A stretch of 57,138 nt of DNA, from NCBI GenBank assembly GCA_963845145.1, contig CAWJQU010000009.1, positions 1 through 57,138 on the forward strand, in the 5' to 3' direction. A model generated the notes under the pieces. That model ran no database searches. It was not told the DNA's origin and saw only the letters and a list, made by a program, of their open reading frames with translations. Position 1 is the first letter of the stretch; each line of letters opens with the position of its first letter. Positions 17,992 through 27,356 of this stretch are shown here, piece by piece. Made by a program: the position numbers and the translations under genes. Origin of the DNA: an uncultured delta proteobacterium. Its GTDB lineage: Bacteria > Desulfobacterota > Desulfobacteria > Desulfobacterales > QNYZ01.

Positions 17992-20487
17992 TTATGCACA
18001 TTTGGAAAAACCGCAAAAATGACAGGTCATGCACCCCTCCTCAAAGCTGATGGTCTTTCCACATTCAGGACAGGTCTCCCCCAAAAGCGAATTGGCTCCC
18101 GAACCGTTCGAGCCCGCCGCGCGATCTTTCATGTATCGGTTTTCAAGTACTCGGCTGATGGCATCGGGTATGGATAGAACCATTCCCCCTTCTTGGAACA
18201 CGGGATGCTCACCCCCGATCCCCTTCAATTGGTTCACAACCTTTTCAACCCGAATCCCGGAGCGTAAGGTCAAAGAGACTAAGCGGCCGATGGCCTCGGC
18301 CTTGGCCGCAGTGGATCGGCCGGATTTACCGATGGTGGCAAACACTTCAAAGGGTCGGCCATCGAATTCAGTTACCGTAACATACAACTGGCCCAAACCG
18401 GTCTTAATACGGGTAGTAAAGCCCTCCAGGGTTTCGGGCCGTTCTTTGACCGCCGCTTTGAGCTTGTCATCCGTATCTTTGTTACCGGAAAAAGATAGGA
18501 CCTGATTTTCCTTGCTCCCGTCGCGATAGATCGTAACCCCTTTGCACTCAAGCTCATAGGCCATATCGTACACCTTGCGCACGTCTTCCATAGTGGACTC
18601 ACGGGGCAGGTTGACCGTCTTGGAAACCGCATTGTCCGTATATTTCTGAAAGGCGGCCTGCATACGAATATGCCACTCCGGGCTTACATCATGCGCGGTG
18701 ACGAATACTTCCCGAACGTCCTCGGGAATACTGTCCATATGGCGAATACTCCCATGGGCGGCAACTTCGTCCATCAGTTCCCGGCTGTAAAAACCCCTCT
18801 CCCGGGCAATTTTTTCAAAGTAGGGATTGACCTCCAAAAGAGTGTCGTTATCCATGACGGTACGCACAAAACTCAATGCGAAAAGCGGTTCTACGCCGCT
18901 GGAACATCCGGCAATGATACTCAGCGTGCCGGTAGGTGCAATGGTTGTGGTCGTGGCGTTGCGAAGAGCACCCCCATTTTTGTTTTTAAAAATACTTTGA
19001 TCGTAATTTTCAAACGCGCCCCGTTCCGCTGCCAAACGCCGGGAGGCTTGATGCGACTCTTCCTGGATAAAGGCCATCAGTGTTTCGCCGGCTTCAAGGG
19101 CGGCTTCGGAGTTGTAGGGGATACCCAACTGGTAAAGCATGTCGGCAAAGCCCATGACGCCTAGACCTATTTTACGGTTGCCGCGTACCATGGCGGTGAT
19201 TTCCGGTAGCGGGTAACAGGACATATCGATGGTGTTATCAAGAAAACGGACGGACATATCAACCGTTTCGGCCAGGGAATCGTAATCAATGTTCGGTCCC
19301 TCATCGCTGTGGGTGACGAATTTGGACAAGTTGATCGATCCGAGATTACAGGCTTCCATGGGTAAAAGCGGTTGTTCGCCGCAGGGATTGGTACTTTCGA
19401 TCTGGCCGATGGCCGGCGTGGGATTGTCCCTATTGATTCGATCCAAAAAGACGATGCCTGGATCGCCACTGTCCCATGCACTTTCCACGAGCCTTTGGTA
19501 CAGATCGGACGCATCGAGCCGGCCGACCTTGCGGCCACCCCGCGGGTCTATGAGATCGTAAGACTCATTTTTCTCTGCAGCCTGCATAAACGCTTCGGTC
19601 ACCCCCACCGAAATATTGAAATTGTTCAATTCACTGTGGGTTCGTTTGCAATCGATAAATTCCTCGATGTCCGGATGATCGACTCGCAATATCGCCATAT
19701 TGGCCCCACGGCGCGTGCCGCCCTGCTTCACTTGTTCCGTGGCTGTATTGAAAATCCGCATGAATGACACCGGCCCGGAAGCGATACCTCCGGTACTACC
19801 CACACGGCTGTTTTTAGGACGCACGCGCGAAAAAGAGAATCCGGTTCCCCCGCCCGACTTATGAATCATTGCGGCATTTTTAAGGGCATCGAAAATACCC
19901 TCCATGCTGTCTTCCACGGGTAGTACAAAGCAGGCCGCCAATTGACCCAACTCTCGCCCGGCATTCATTAGGGTGGGCGAATTGGGTAAAAATTTCAGCT
20001 CTGTGATCATTTGAAAAAAAGCGGCTTCGATTTTCTCGGTCTGCTCAGCGTCGCCATAATGAGATTCGGCCTTGGCGATATGGTGCGCCACCCGGCGAAA
20101 CATCTGCTCTGGCGTCTCTATTAGACCGCCCTCGCCATCACGCTTCAGGTAACGCCGCTCCAAAACGGTTAAAGCATTGTCCGACAAAGAGACGCCGCCA
20201 TTAACAAACAGTGATTTGTCCAACCGTACCGGCGAGGTTTTGGTGATGCCGAACTCCATCAACTTGGCCTCGATCATCTTTTCGATAACCGGCAGCGTAA
20301 TGGTACCAAACTCCATTTTGTCGATCTGTTCCCGCATGAACCGGCTGATGTCCAATGCCTGGTCCAGACCGATGGGGTTTCCCTTGACGAGTAACTCGGA
20401 AAATCGATTGTCATCCCACAATATCGAATTCAGATCATACCGCCCCTCATCCGTAATCAGAATCGTACCTTTGCTACCCATTTTCAA
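17992..20487 (-). CDS. nrdJ: Class II (adenosylcobalamin-dependent) ribonucleotide reductase with fused C-terminal TSCPD/zinc-ribbon region
   Basis: PNSPTLMNAG, QLAAC, TNPCGEQPL, CNLGS, IAPTGT and C-terminal CPECG..EEGCMTCHFCGFSKC. Confidence 0.95.
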   Translation of the reverse strand: MKMGSKGTILITDEGRYDLNSILWDDNRFSELLVKGNPIGLDQALDISRFMREQIDKMEFGTITLPVIEKMIEAKLMEFGITKTSPVRLDKSLFVNGGVSLSDNALTVLERRYLKRDGEGGLIETPEQMFRRVAHHIAKAESHYGDAEQTEKIEAAFFQMITELKFLPNSPTLMNAGRELGQLAACFVLPVEDSMEGIFDALKNAAMIHKSGGGTGFSFSRVRPKNSRVGSTGGIASGPVSFMRIFNTATEQVKQGGTRRGANMAILRVDHPDIEEFIDCKRTHSELNNFNISVGVTEAFMQAAEKNESYDLIDPRGGRKVGRLDASDLYQRLVESAWDSGDPGIVFLDRINRDNPTPAIGQIESTNPCGEQPLLPMEACNLGSINLSKFVTHSDEGPNIDYDSLAETVDMSVRFLDNTIDMSCYPLPEITAMVRGNRKIGLGVMGFADMLYQLGIPYNSEAALEAGETLMAFIQEESHQASRRLAAERGAFENYDQSIFKNKNGGALRNATTTTIAPTGTLSIIAGCSSGVEPLFALSFVRTVMDNDTLLEVNPYFEKIARERGFYSRELMDEVAAHGSIRHMDSIPEDVREVFVTAHDVSPEWHIRMQAAFQKYTDNAVSKTVNLPRESTMEDVRKVYDMAYELECKGVTIYRDGSKENQVLSFSGNKDTDDKLKAAVKERPETLEGFTTRIKTGLGQLYVTVTEFDGRPFEVFATIGKSGRSTAAKAEAIGRLVSLTLRSGIRVEKVVNQLKGIGGEHPVFQEGGMVLSIPDAISRVLENRYMKDRAAGSNGSGANSLLGETCPECGKTISFEEGCMTCHFCGFSKCA

Positions 20488-20606
20488 TCAGCTCCTGAAT
20501 TTTTTTAAAAGCACCGGTAATTGGTTTACCAATCAACCGGCGACTCGGGTTTGTCTGTTTTTGATTTATACCTTTAGGCTGGAATGGAACGCTTTGTGTG
20601 TGTGTC

Positions 20607-20653
20607 ATACAACATATGGTATGTCAAGAAAAAAATAACGCAATATATGAAGA
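20607..20653. promoter_or_regulatory. Tandem NrdR boxes upstream of nrdJ
   Basis: ATACAACATATGGTAT (20607-20622) and ACGCAATATATGAAGA (20638-20653) start 31 bp apart and resemble the acaCwAtATaTwGtgt consensus. Confidence 0.75.
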
Positions 20654-20705
20654 AAAAAGATTAGGGGTAACCGTTTGAAAGTAATGAAAGTGGCGGGGGA
20701 TCGAA

Positions 20706-22031
20706 TCAGTGCACACTACTGGCTAATCTTTCCAGGTGAACACGTGTGCGCGGGCAACAACTGCCAATTTGTTTTTGAATGGCATCATACAAATCATTAC
20801 TGGGAATCACCCCGTCTTCATCCGCACAAAATTCAGGTCGAATTCGATGGAGTTGATACATGGAGAGGTTGCCTTTGTTCTTCGCCGGGATCGATCCTCG
20901 ATGTTCGGTTATAAAAAAGGGTTCAATCAATGCATTAAGTTCGCTTGAAATGTTGATTCCATCCTCTATACCTGAAGATTCCATACGGCTGGCGATGTTA
21001 ACCGTGTCGCCCCAGATGTCATAGCTGAACTTATTTTCCCCGATAACGCCCGCCACCAACGGCCCCACATGCGCACCGATTCGTATCCGCCAATATCCGT
21101 CAGATGTCAGCCCTTTTTCTTTAGCCAAGTTGCGAATCGCTTCGCGCATCTTCAGAGCGCAAACGCAGATATCATACGGATGGGTCATGGAGCCGCGTGG
21201 CACACCGCCGGCGCACATATAGCCATCCCCCAGGGTTTTGATCTTTTCCAGCCCGAATTCCTGTACAATTTGGTCAAACCGGGAAAAACAGGTATCCAGT
21301 TCTTCAATGAGCTGCTTCGGTGACATCTTCTCCGTCACCTGTGTAAACCCGGCAAAATCGGTAAATAACACACTGCCGCTGTCCACATAGCGAGGTGCAA
21401 CCTTACGATTCTGCTTTAGCTCCTCGCAGATACTTTCCGGCAGAATGCTGTGCAACAGCTGTTCACTTTTTTCCCACGCATCTTTTAAAATTGATTCGAA
21501 ATGTTCGGTCATCCAGCCTTGATGCGCCAGGTTCTGCTGATAGACAACTTCCCAAACGCGACGCCGCTCCCCTTCGTCGGGATAGAGCTCAAATATAATT
21601 TCGTGCAGCAACTCTCGAAGATTCGCTAGGTTTTGGAGCATCATCTGGGCCGAAAGACCAAAGCTCTCATGGTCGAATAACCGCATGAAAGAAAACGTCA
21701 CTGCCCGGAATCGCTCACGGCTCTCCGGGGTCTGTTCGCGCAGGTTCTTTATCGTTTCTAAAAAGATCACGTTCATCCCGTCAAACGTGCTGCTATGGTA
21801 AGTATCCCGGCCATTTCGCACGGTAACTTCTTCGACAAAGTTCCGTGCGTGGGGGGGTGCTGTCTCCAAATGTGGAAAAAGCTCAAGCAGCTCCTCACGC
21901 ACCGGCTCGGTCCACTCCCGTGGGGTCTTATCTCCGACAACGATCGTTTCCAAAAGCGAATCGGGACGGGATAGTTCAAAATCCAGGTGTCTTAAAAACG
22001 ATCCGGCTATGTAATCCAAAAACCGTTTCAT
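20706..22031 (-). CDS. Class III adenylate/guanylate cyclase with uncharacterised N-terminal region
   Basis: VLFTDFAGFT, EKIKTLGDGYM, RIGAHVGP, YDIWGDTVNIASRMES. Confidence 0.93.
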   Translation of the reverse strand: MKRFLDYIAGSFLRHLDFELSRPDSLLETIVVGDKTPREWTEPVREELLELFPHLETAPPHARNFVEEVTVRNGRDTYHSSTFDGMNVIFLETIKNLREQTPESRERFRAVTFSFMRLFDHESFGLSAQMMLQNLANLRELLHEIIFELYPDEGERRRVWEVVYQQNLAHQGWMTEHFESILKDAWEKSEQLLHSILPESICEELKQNRKVAPRYVDSGSVLFTDFAGFTQVTEKMSPKQLIEELDTCFSRFDQIVQEFGLEKIKTLGDGYMCAGGVPRGSMTHPYDICVCALKMREAIRNLAKEKGLTSDGYWRIRIGAHVGPLVAGVIGENKFSYDIWGDTVNIASRMESSGIEDGINISSELNALIEPFFITEHRGSIPAKNKGNLSMYQLHRIRPEFCADEDGVIPSNDLYDAIQKQIGSCCPRTRVHLERLASSVH

Positions 22032-22127
22032 ATTTCCTCCGTATCGACCGGTTCAGTGCGAGCACCAAATTTTAAGATAAAGCGGTCTCCCAAGCCGTCA
22101 AGCCGCCTGCTGGCACATTTCGAAGAA

Positions 22128-22559
22128 CTATGACGTTTTTTTTGGGAGGATACTCACCAACCGGTTCAAAATAAGCCCGTTGATTCGATGGGTGCCGGAG
22201 ACAAACAACCACCCTAAATGGGTCAAACATCGGCCACACAAAGCAATTTTCCATTGAAACCCTGCAAACCAGGAGAAATCAGCGGTAAGTGCCCCCTCAT
22301 AGGTACATCCCGGAGCCGTTTGAAAAAGACCGATTTCAAAAACCAATCCGTGGGGATTGGCAAATGTATGCTGATGTGCGCCTTGTAATGTCACCCGCGC
22401 ATGTTCATGGGTAATGAGATGCCCACAGGTTTTACACAATAAAGCCCCCGGCTCCTCAGCCACTTTCTCATGGTCGGCCTCGCTCACTTTAGGCCGGCCA
22501 ATGGAATCGGTCGCCCTCGGCGTATCCCTAAATAAAAAGGCACCGGCGATAGATAACAT
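22128..22559 (-). CDS. Cereblon-family (CULT domain) protein
   Basis: CKTC..NPHG..FSWFAGFQW..CGRC..HLGWLF: zinc site and tri-Trp cage. Confidence 0.9.
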   Translation of the reverse strand: MLSIAGAFLFRDTPRATDSIGRPKVSEADHEKVAEEPGALLCKTCGHLITHEHARVTLQGAHQHTFANPHGLVFEIGLFQTAPGCTYEGALTADFSWFAGFQWKIALCGRCLTHLGWLFVSGTHRINGLILNRLVSILPKKTS

Positions 22560-22720
22560 ACTGTTTAACCCCTGTCGAAAACTGGCATTGCCCCCTTTAA
22601 CCCAGACAATATATCAACCCCGTATTTAAAATTACTATCACCAGCTCATAAAAACAACCGCCTTTGTATATCAGCAAGAATTAATTTTCCCTATAAAATC
22701 CAGATGTTTATTTTTTAATA

Positions 22721-22749
22721 TTGACATTTGCACAATTTTTTCCTATAGC
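22721..22749 (+). promoter_or_regulatory. Putative sigma70 promoter of the MFS gene
   Basis: TTGACA-17 nt-TATAGC. Confidence 0.55.
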
Positions 22750-22830
22750 CGATGGGCTTTTGAGCGGCGGCCTAGTCAATGTATTATCAAGAAATTATTT
22801 TTTTTAACCATTCGAGCGCTATAAATTAAT

Positions 22831-24027
22831 ATGAACGCCAAAGAAAAGAAAATCATGGGGCTCTCCGTCAGTGCCCATGGACTGGTTCATCTTTTTGAAG
22901 GGGTCCTACCACCCTTAATCCCTTTATTGATTGTCGAATTCGGCACGGATTATTTTCACCTCGGCCTTGTTGTTACCGCTTTTTCCTATGCCTTTGGTTT
23001 AGGCTCTCTGCCGGCCGGCCTGATGGCGGATAGGGTTGGGCCCAGGCGATTGGTGACCCTTTTTCTCTTTGGCGCCGGCATCTTGTCCATAGCCGTCTGG
23101 CCGGTCAATTCCCTTTTGTTTTACGGTATCATCATGGGGCTGATCGGATTATTTTGCAGTACCTACCATCCGGCGTCCAATACGTTATTGTCACACACCA
23201 TGACCCACCGCGGCAACGCCTTTGGTATTCATGGTATCGCCGGCAGCCTGGGTGTGGCCGTTACCCCGATTTTATCGGCCTGGATCGGGACAAGCCTGGG
23301 ATGGCGAGCCCCTCATGTGGTTTTCGGTGCCTTGGGCGTCGCTCTTGCAATGTATTCGCTAACGATTCCAAGGCCGGTAGTCGTCACCGATGAATCAGAG
23401 CTGCATAGCAACAATCGGGAAAAAATTCATCCCGATACGATGATTAAAATTGTCTTATTCCTTCTCTCGGCCACGGCCCTTGGGCTAACCTATAAGGGCA
23501 TCATGACCTTTTTGCCCACCTACATGGGTGAGCGCGTACATTTCAACTTCTTATCAATGAACACCGTGGCCCTGGGCGGAACAGTCGCCACCATTGCTCT
23601 TCTTTCCGGTGCATGGGGGCAATACCTGGCCGGTCGCCTGGTGGACCGCTATGATGCCGAAAAGCTCTACCTGGGGGCCATTCTTATGGGCATGCTGTTC
23701 GTATTCGGCATGGTATTCACCAAAGGTATCCTGTTGGTGGGTATGGCGGTTGTATATGCTTTTTTTTATTTCGCAACGCAGCCGATTCAAAACTATCTGA
23801 CGTCCAGTTATTTTCCCAAACATCGCCATGGCATGGGCTTTGGTATCCATTTTTCCCTGACATTTGGGGTCGGCTCAACAGCGGCGGCAGTGTCGGGTTA
23901 CATGGCAGACCGCTATGGTCTGGAAGCCGTTTTTTTCGCCATGGGGTTCTGTTTCATGATATCCGCTTTTTTGGTGCTGCTGCTGATCTTGAAATCCAGT
24001 CGTCAACGAACCGTACCGGAGAAATAA
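22831..24027 (+). CDS. MFS transporter
   Basis: GLMADRVGPRR motif A; about 12 hydrophobic segments. Confidence 0.93.
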   Translation: MNAKEKKIMGLSVSAHGLVHLFEGVLPPLIPLLIVEFGTDYFHLGLVVTAFSYAFGLGSLPAGLMADRVGPRRLVTLFLFGAGILSIAVWPVNSLLFYGIIMGLIGLFCSTYHPASNTLLSHTMTHRGNAFGIHGIAGSLGVAVTPILSAWIGTSLGWRAPHVVFGALGVALAMYSLTIPRPVVVTDESELHSNNREKIHPDTMIKIVLFLLSATALGLTYKGIMTFLPTYMGERVHFNFLSMNTVALGGTVATIALLSGAWGQYLAGRLVDRYDAEKLYLGAILMGMLFVFGMVFTKGILLVGMAVVYAFFYFATQPIQNYLTSSYFPKHRHGMGFGIHFSLTFGVGSTAAAVSGYMADRYGLEAVFFAMGFCFMISAFLVLLLILKSSRQRTVPEK

Positions 24028-24101
24028 CCCGTACCCCGGCCCTGATATTACCCGTTGGGATATTACCTATCTGGGTTATTAACTGTCCGGATCCTTACAT
24101 A

Positions 24102-24671
24102 TTAACACTTCGGTTTGACGGCCTGAATCCAAAAGATATACCGCCCGTCGGATTCCGTCCGGGTCTTCATCCCCAGCGGATTCAACATCGCCTCGATTTG
24201 TTGAGCGGTGTGAAACCGGCTTCTCATTAGCGTTATTTTTTCCAGCCAGGCGATCAATTTAACAACCGGCCGGGTCACATCCGGCTCTTCGATCACCAGC
24301 CGCCCACCAGGATTTAAGACTCTAACCAACTCACCCAAAGCTTTTCCTTGATCGCTAAAATGGTGGAATGCATCTACCACCAAAACCCGATCAAAACAGC
24401 CATCGCCAAAAGGTAATCTTTCGGCATATGTTCGCACGGGGCTTAGGTTTCCCTTGGTGGCCGCTTGCCCAAGCATGGCCGCGGAAAGATCACAAATAAC
24501 CACTGAGCGGGTTAACGAATATAAGCGACTGGATACGCGACCGGTGCCACCCCCGGCATCCAGCAATCGTACAGGAGCGGGCAACCCCAATAGTCGGCAC
24601 ATGCGCTTGTGATCGTAAATACGAATGATTTTGTCGTAAATCGGTGCGGCGAAACGAAAGTGGTCAAACAT
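24102..24671 (-). CDS. Class I SAM-dependent methyltransferase
   Basis: LLDAGGGTG, ERLPFGDGCFDRV, RVLNPGGRL. Start placed at MFDHF, overlapping the yqeC stop. Confidence 0.88.
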   Translation of the reverse strand: MFDHFRFAAPIYDKIIRIYDHKRMCRLLGLPAPVRLLDAGGGTGRVSSRLYSLTRSVVICDLSAAMLGQAATKGNLSPVRTYAERLPFGDGCFDRVLVVDAFHHFSDQGKALGELVRVLNPGGRLVIEEPDVTRPVVKLIAWLEKITLMRSRFHTAQQIEAMLNPLGMKTRTESDGRYIFWIQAVKPKC

Positions 24672-25476
24672 AACCATTGCCCTCATCGGCCCGGCATCGG
24701 CGATGATATTCCAAAACCGCAGGATCGTCCTGGGCATTGCCAATGATCACCCCGGCAAGGCCCACCCGGTCGGTATTTTCGCATAATAGCTTGGCCAGAT
24801 CCCGGCCGTTGTCCAGCGCACGGTGATCTCCGGCCAGATTCAAGAAAATAGTTTGTTTTGCCCCACGGGGTGTGCCTTTTAGCAAGCCAACGGGAGACAC
24901 GATCGATAGGGCGATCGATGCCGCCGTCACTGTTTCGTTTATGGCCAACCCCGTGATGTTAGAGAAGATTTCATGCCGAAATACCCATTGATTTGTCAAC
25001 GGTTTGCCCATGGCTTTTAAACCAACCACGCCGATGACCCGACCCGTAGCCTTGGGAATCACCGGCTCATGCGCCGCCGGAGCCTTTAAATTTTTTCGGG
25101 CCGCACCATCGGCTTCCACGATGATCCATTTAAATCGACCGGAGCGATGGAGCGAATCGATGATCGACGGATCAAACCCGGTCAGTTTCCGACCGTTCGG
25201 AGCCCTTTCCAATGCGGCCGTTAAATGCAGGTTATCCTGTTGGAAACCGCGAGTCATCTCAAGTAGGGTCTTGGCCGTTTTGGCCAGAAAAACTTTAGGC
25301 GTGTGGTTTTCATTGGGCGACATGATTCGTGTGGTGGTGGTCGTCAGGACGGAGTCTCCAGCCATCACCGCCTCCCGGGCGAGACGGAACATAAGGCTGG
25401 TTTTTCCACCCGCACCCACCAGACTGATCACACCCCCGCTACCGGAAAGCAGGATTTCTCTCAACGATTCGTTCAT
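24664..25476 (-). CDS. yqeC: Selenium-dependent molybdenum hydroxylase accessory protein
   Basis: SLVGAGGKTS, TTTTR, VEADGA..LKAPAAHEPVIP. GGAGG RBS before 25476. Confidence 0.88.
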   Translation of the reverse strand: MNESLREILLSGSGGVISLVGAGGKTSLMFRLAREAVMAGDSVLTTTTTRIMSPNENHTPKVFLAKTAKTLLEMTRGFQQDNLHLTAALERAPNGRKLTGFDPSIIDSLHRSGRFKWIIVEADGAARKNLKAPAAHEPVIPKATGRVIGVVGLKAMGKPLTNQWVFRHEIFSNITGLAINETVTAASIALSIVSPVGLLKGTPRGAKQTIFLNLAGDHRALDNGRDLAKLLCENTDRVGLAGVIIGNAQDDPAVLEYHRRCRADEGNGYV

Positions 25477-25605
25477 TACCCTCCAGCCCCACTCCCATTT
25501 TCCCAATTCTATTCAAAATGGCGTATCTATGCTATTTTAGCGAAGTGATCAATCTTCGTTACATAGAGAATCATTTCATTCGGATTTGATGAATCGGATT
25601 TTCCT

Positions 25606-26220
25606 ATGGCCCAAAACAACCCCATCGCTGGAATTATTCTTGCTGCAGGCCGTTCCCGAAGGCTGGGTTATCCCAAGCAGTTGGTGCGCATACAAGGCCG
25701 CTGTCTGATCGAAATCGTGGTCGAAGCTGCCTTGGCCTCAAATCTGGATCGCATTGTTTTGGTACTGGGCCATTTGCATCGCGACATCCGTCGTCAACTG
25801 GCCGACTGGAATACCTCGCGGCTCAAGATCGTCACCAACCATCGGTATATGGAAGGCCTCAGCGGTTCTCTTTACACCGGGTTGACTGAAGTTGAAGCGA
25901 CCCATTCGTCCGTAATGTTTCTTTTAGGCGATCAACCCCTGATCGATGCGGAAGCCATTAACGCCCTTTTACCCGCATTCGGCCATTCAAATAAGGGAAT
26001 ATGCCTGCCCTTTCGAGGCAAGGACCGCGGCAATCCCACCCTTTTTAGTCAAAAATACTACCATGCAATCAAGAATTTAACAGGCGATACCGGCGCCCGT
26101 AAGATCATTCAGTCAAACCCCTTGGATGTGCATAAATTTATCACCCGCAATCCAGCCTATTTTTATGATATCGATACTGAAACGGATTTGAAACGACTAT
26201 CCGACCCTGATCGATTCTAA
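25606..26220 (+). CDS. Molybdenum cofactor cytidylyltransferase (MocA-like nucleotidyltransferase)
   Basis: ILAAGRSRRLG..KQL, LGDQP, GNPTLF, GDTGAR, DIDT. Confidence 0.88.
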   Translation: MAQNNPIAGIILAAGRSRRLGYPKQLVRIQGRCLIEIVVEAALASNLDRIVLVLGHLHRDIRRQLADWNTSRLKIVTNHRYMEGLSGSLYTGLTEVEATHSSVMFLLGDQPLIDAEAINALLPAFGHSNKGICLPFRGKDRGNPTLFSQKYYHAIKNLTGDTGARKIIQSNPLDVHKFITRNPAYFYDIDTETDLKRLSDPDRF

Positions 26221-26358
26221 TAAACATGTCAAGATCCCCTTTCGATAAGCCGCTTTTCCGATCCACTTTGAATGCGAGTGTTTTTCGTCGACAATCCCCT
26301 TCTTTTTATATTTTATTTATGCTAAATATGAGGATTTTAACTTAAACCTATTGGAGGC

Positions 26359-27243
26359 ATGCAGATGCTCCCCCCTTCCGGAAAAAAAAGACTGTTTCGA
26401 TCAGCTCTCGAAGATGCCCAAGCGGCCAAACAGCGGTCGAAGTTACCGCAATGCCAGTCCGCCGCCTATGAGTTGGCCTTCCAGGACAACGATTTTCTCC
26501 TACGCGATGAGCTCCGTCCCGTCCGACTTCAATTGGAGTTGTTAAAGCCAGAGCTGATCTTAAATGAATATGAAGTGCAATCCACGGTCGTCATTTACGG
26601 CAGCGCACGAACCAAGGCACCGGATGAGGCGGCCGCCAGCTTGTCAGAGATTAAGGCCCGGATTAAAAAAGAGGGCTCTACCGATGATCTGCAAGAAGAA
26701 CTGAGGCAAGCTAAAGGAGATGTCAAACAGAGCCACTATTACCAGGAAGCACGTAAGTTGGCCGCCTTGGTTTCCAAAAATACGGAAAAAAACAAGTTGA
26801 TGGTCGTCACCGGGGGTGGCCCCGGCATCATGGAAGCGGCTAACCGAGGGGCCGACGATGTCGGCGCTCGCAGCATCGGACTGAATATCGTTCTGCCTTT
26901 TGAACAGCGACCCAATCCTTACATCACCCCCGAGCTGTGCTTTCAATTTCACTATTTTGCCATTCGCAAAATGCATTTTTTGATGCGCGCCAAAAGCCTT
27001 GTGGCGTTTCCCGGTGGGTACGGTACCATGGACGAACTATTCGAGACCCTGACCCTGATTCAAACCCACAAAATCAAGCCGATCCCCGTATTGCTTTTTG
27101 GCCGTGATTTCTGGAATCGTGTGATCAATTTCGACGCATTGATTGACCAGGGAACCATCAGTCCCCAGGATGTCGAAATTTTCAGTTTTGTCGAATCAGC
27201 CAAGGAGGCCTGGCAGGCGATTAAACAGGCCAACCACATATAG
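26359..27243 (+). CDS. LOG-family nucleotide monophosphate nucleosidase-like protein
   Basis: TGGGPGIMEAANRGA, FHYFAIRK, PGGYGTMDELFE. Confidence 0.92.
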   Translation: MQMLPPSGKKRLFRSALEDAQAAKQRSKLPQCQSAAYELAFQDNDFLLRDELRPVRLQLELLKPELILNEYEVQSTVVIYGSARTKAPDEAAASLSEIKARIKKEGSTDDLQEELRQAKGDVKQSHYYQEARKLAALVSKNTEKNKLMVVTGGGPGIMEAANRGADDVGARSIGLNIVLPFEQRPNPYITPELCFQFHYFAIRKMHFLMRAKSLVAFPGGYGTMDELFETLTLIQTHKIKPIPVLLFGRDFWNRVINFDALIDQGTISPQDVEIFSFVESAKEAWQAIKQANHI

Positions 27244-27300
27244 GCCGCAACGAACACCCCCGTGATACCAAGGTCAGTGATATCAAAGTCAAAGTTTTCA

Positions 27301-27340
27301 GGGTTTGCGAAAAAATAACTTCACATTTTTAGGCGACCCC
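27301..27340 (-). repeat. 40-bp internally deleted form of repeat family 2
   Basis: Reverse complement GGGGTCGCCTAAAAATGTGAAGTTATTTTTTCGCAAACCC closely matches 35699-35738. Flanks read TAA / TGA in that orientation. Confidence 0.8.
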
Positions 27341-27356
27341 TTATCGTGCCGGGCGT

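Noticed and set aside
20490..20700. Cobalamin riboswitch upstream of nrdJ
   Set aside because: No B12-box or conserved core seen; the region is explained by NrdR boxes.
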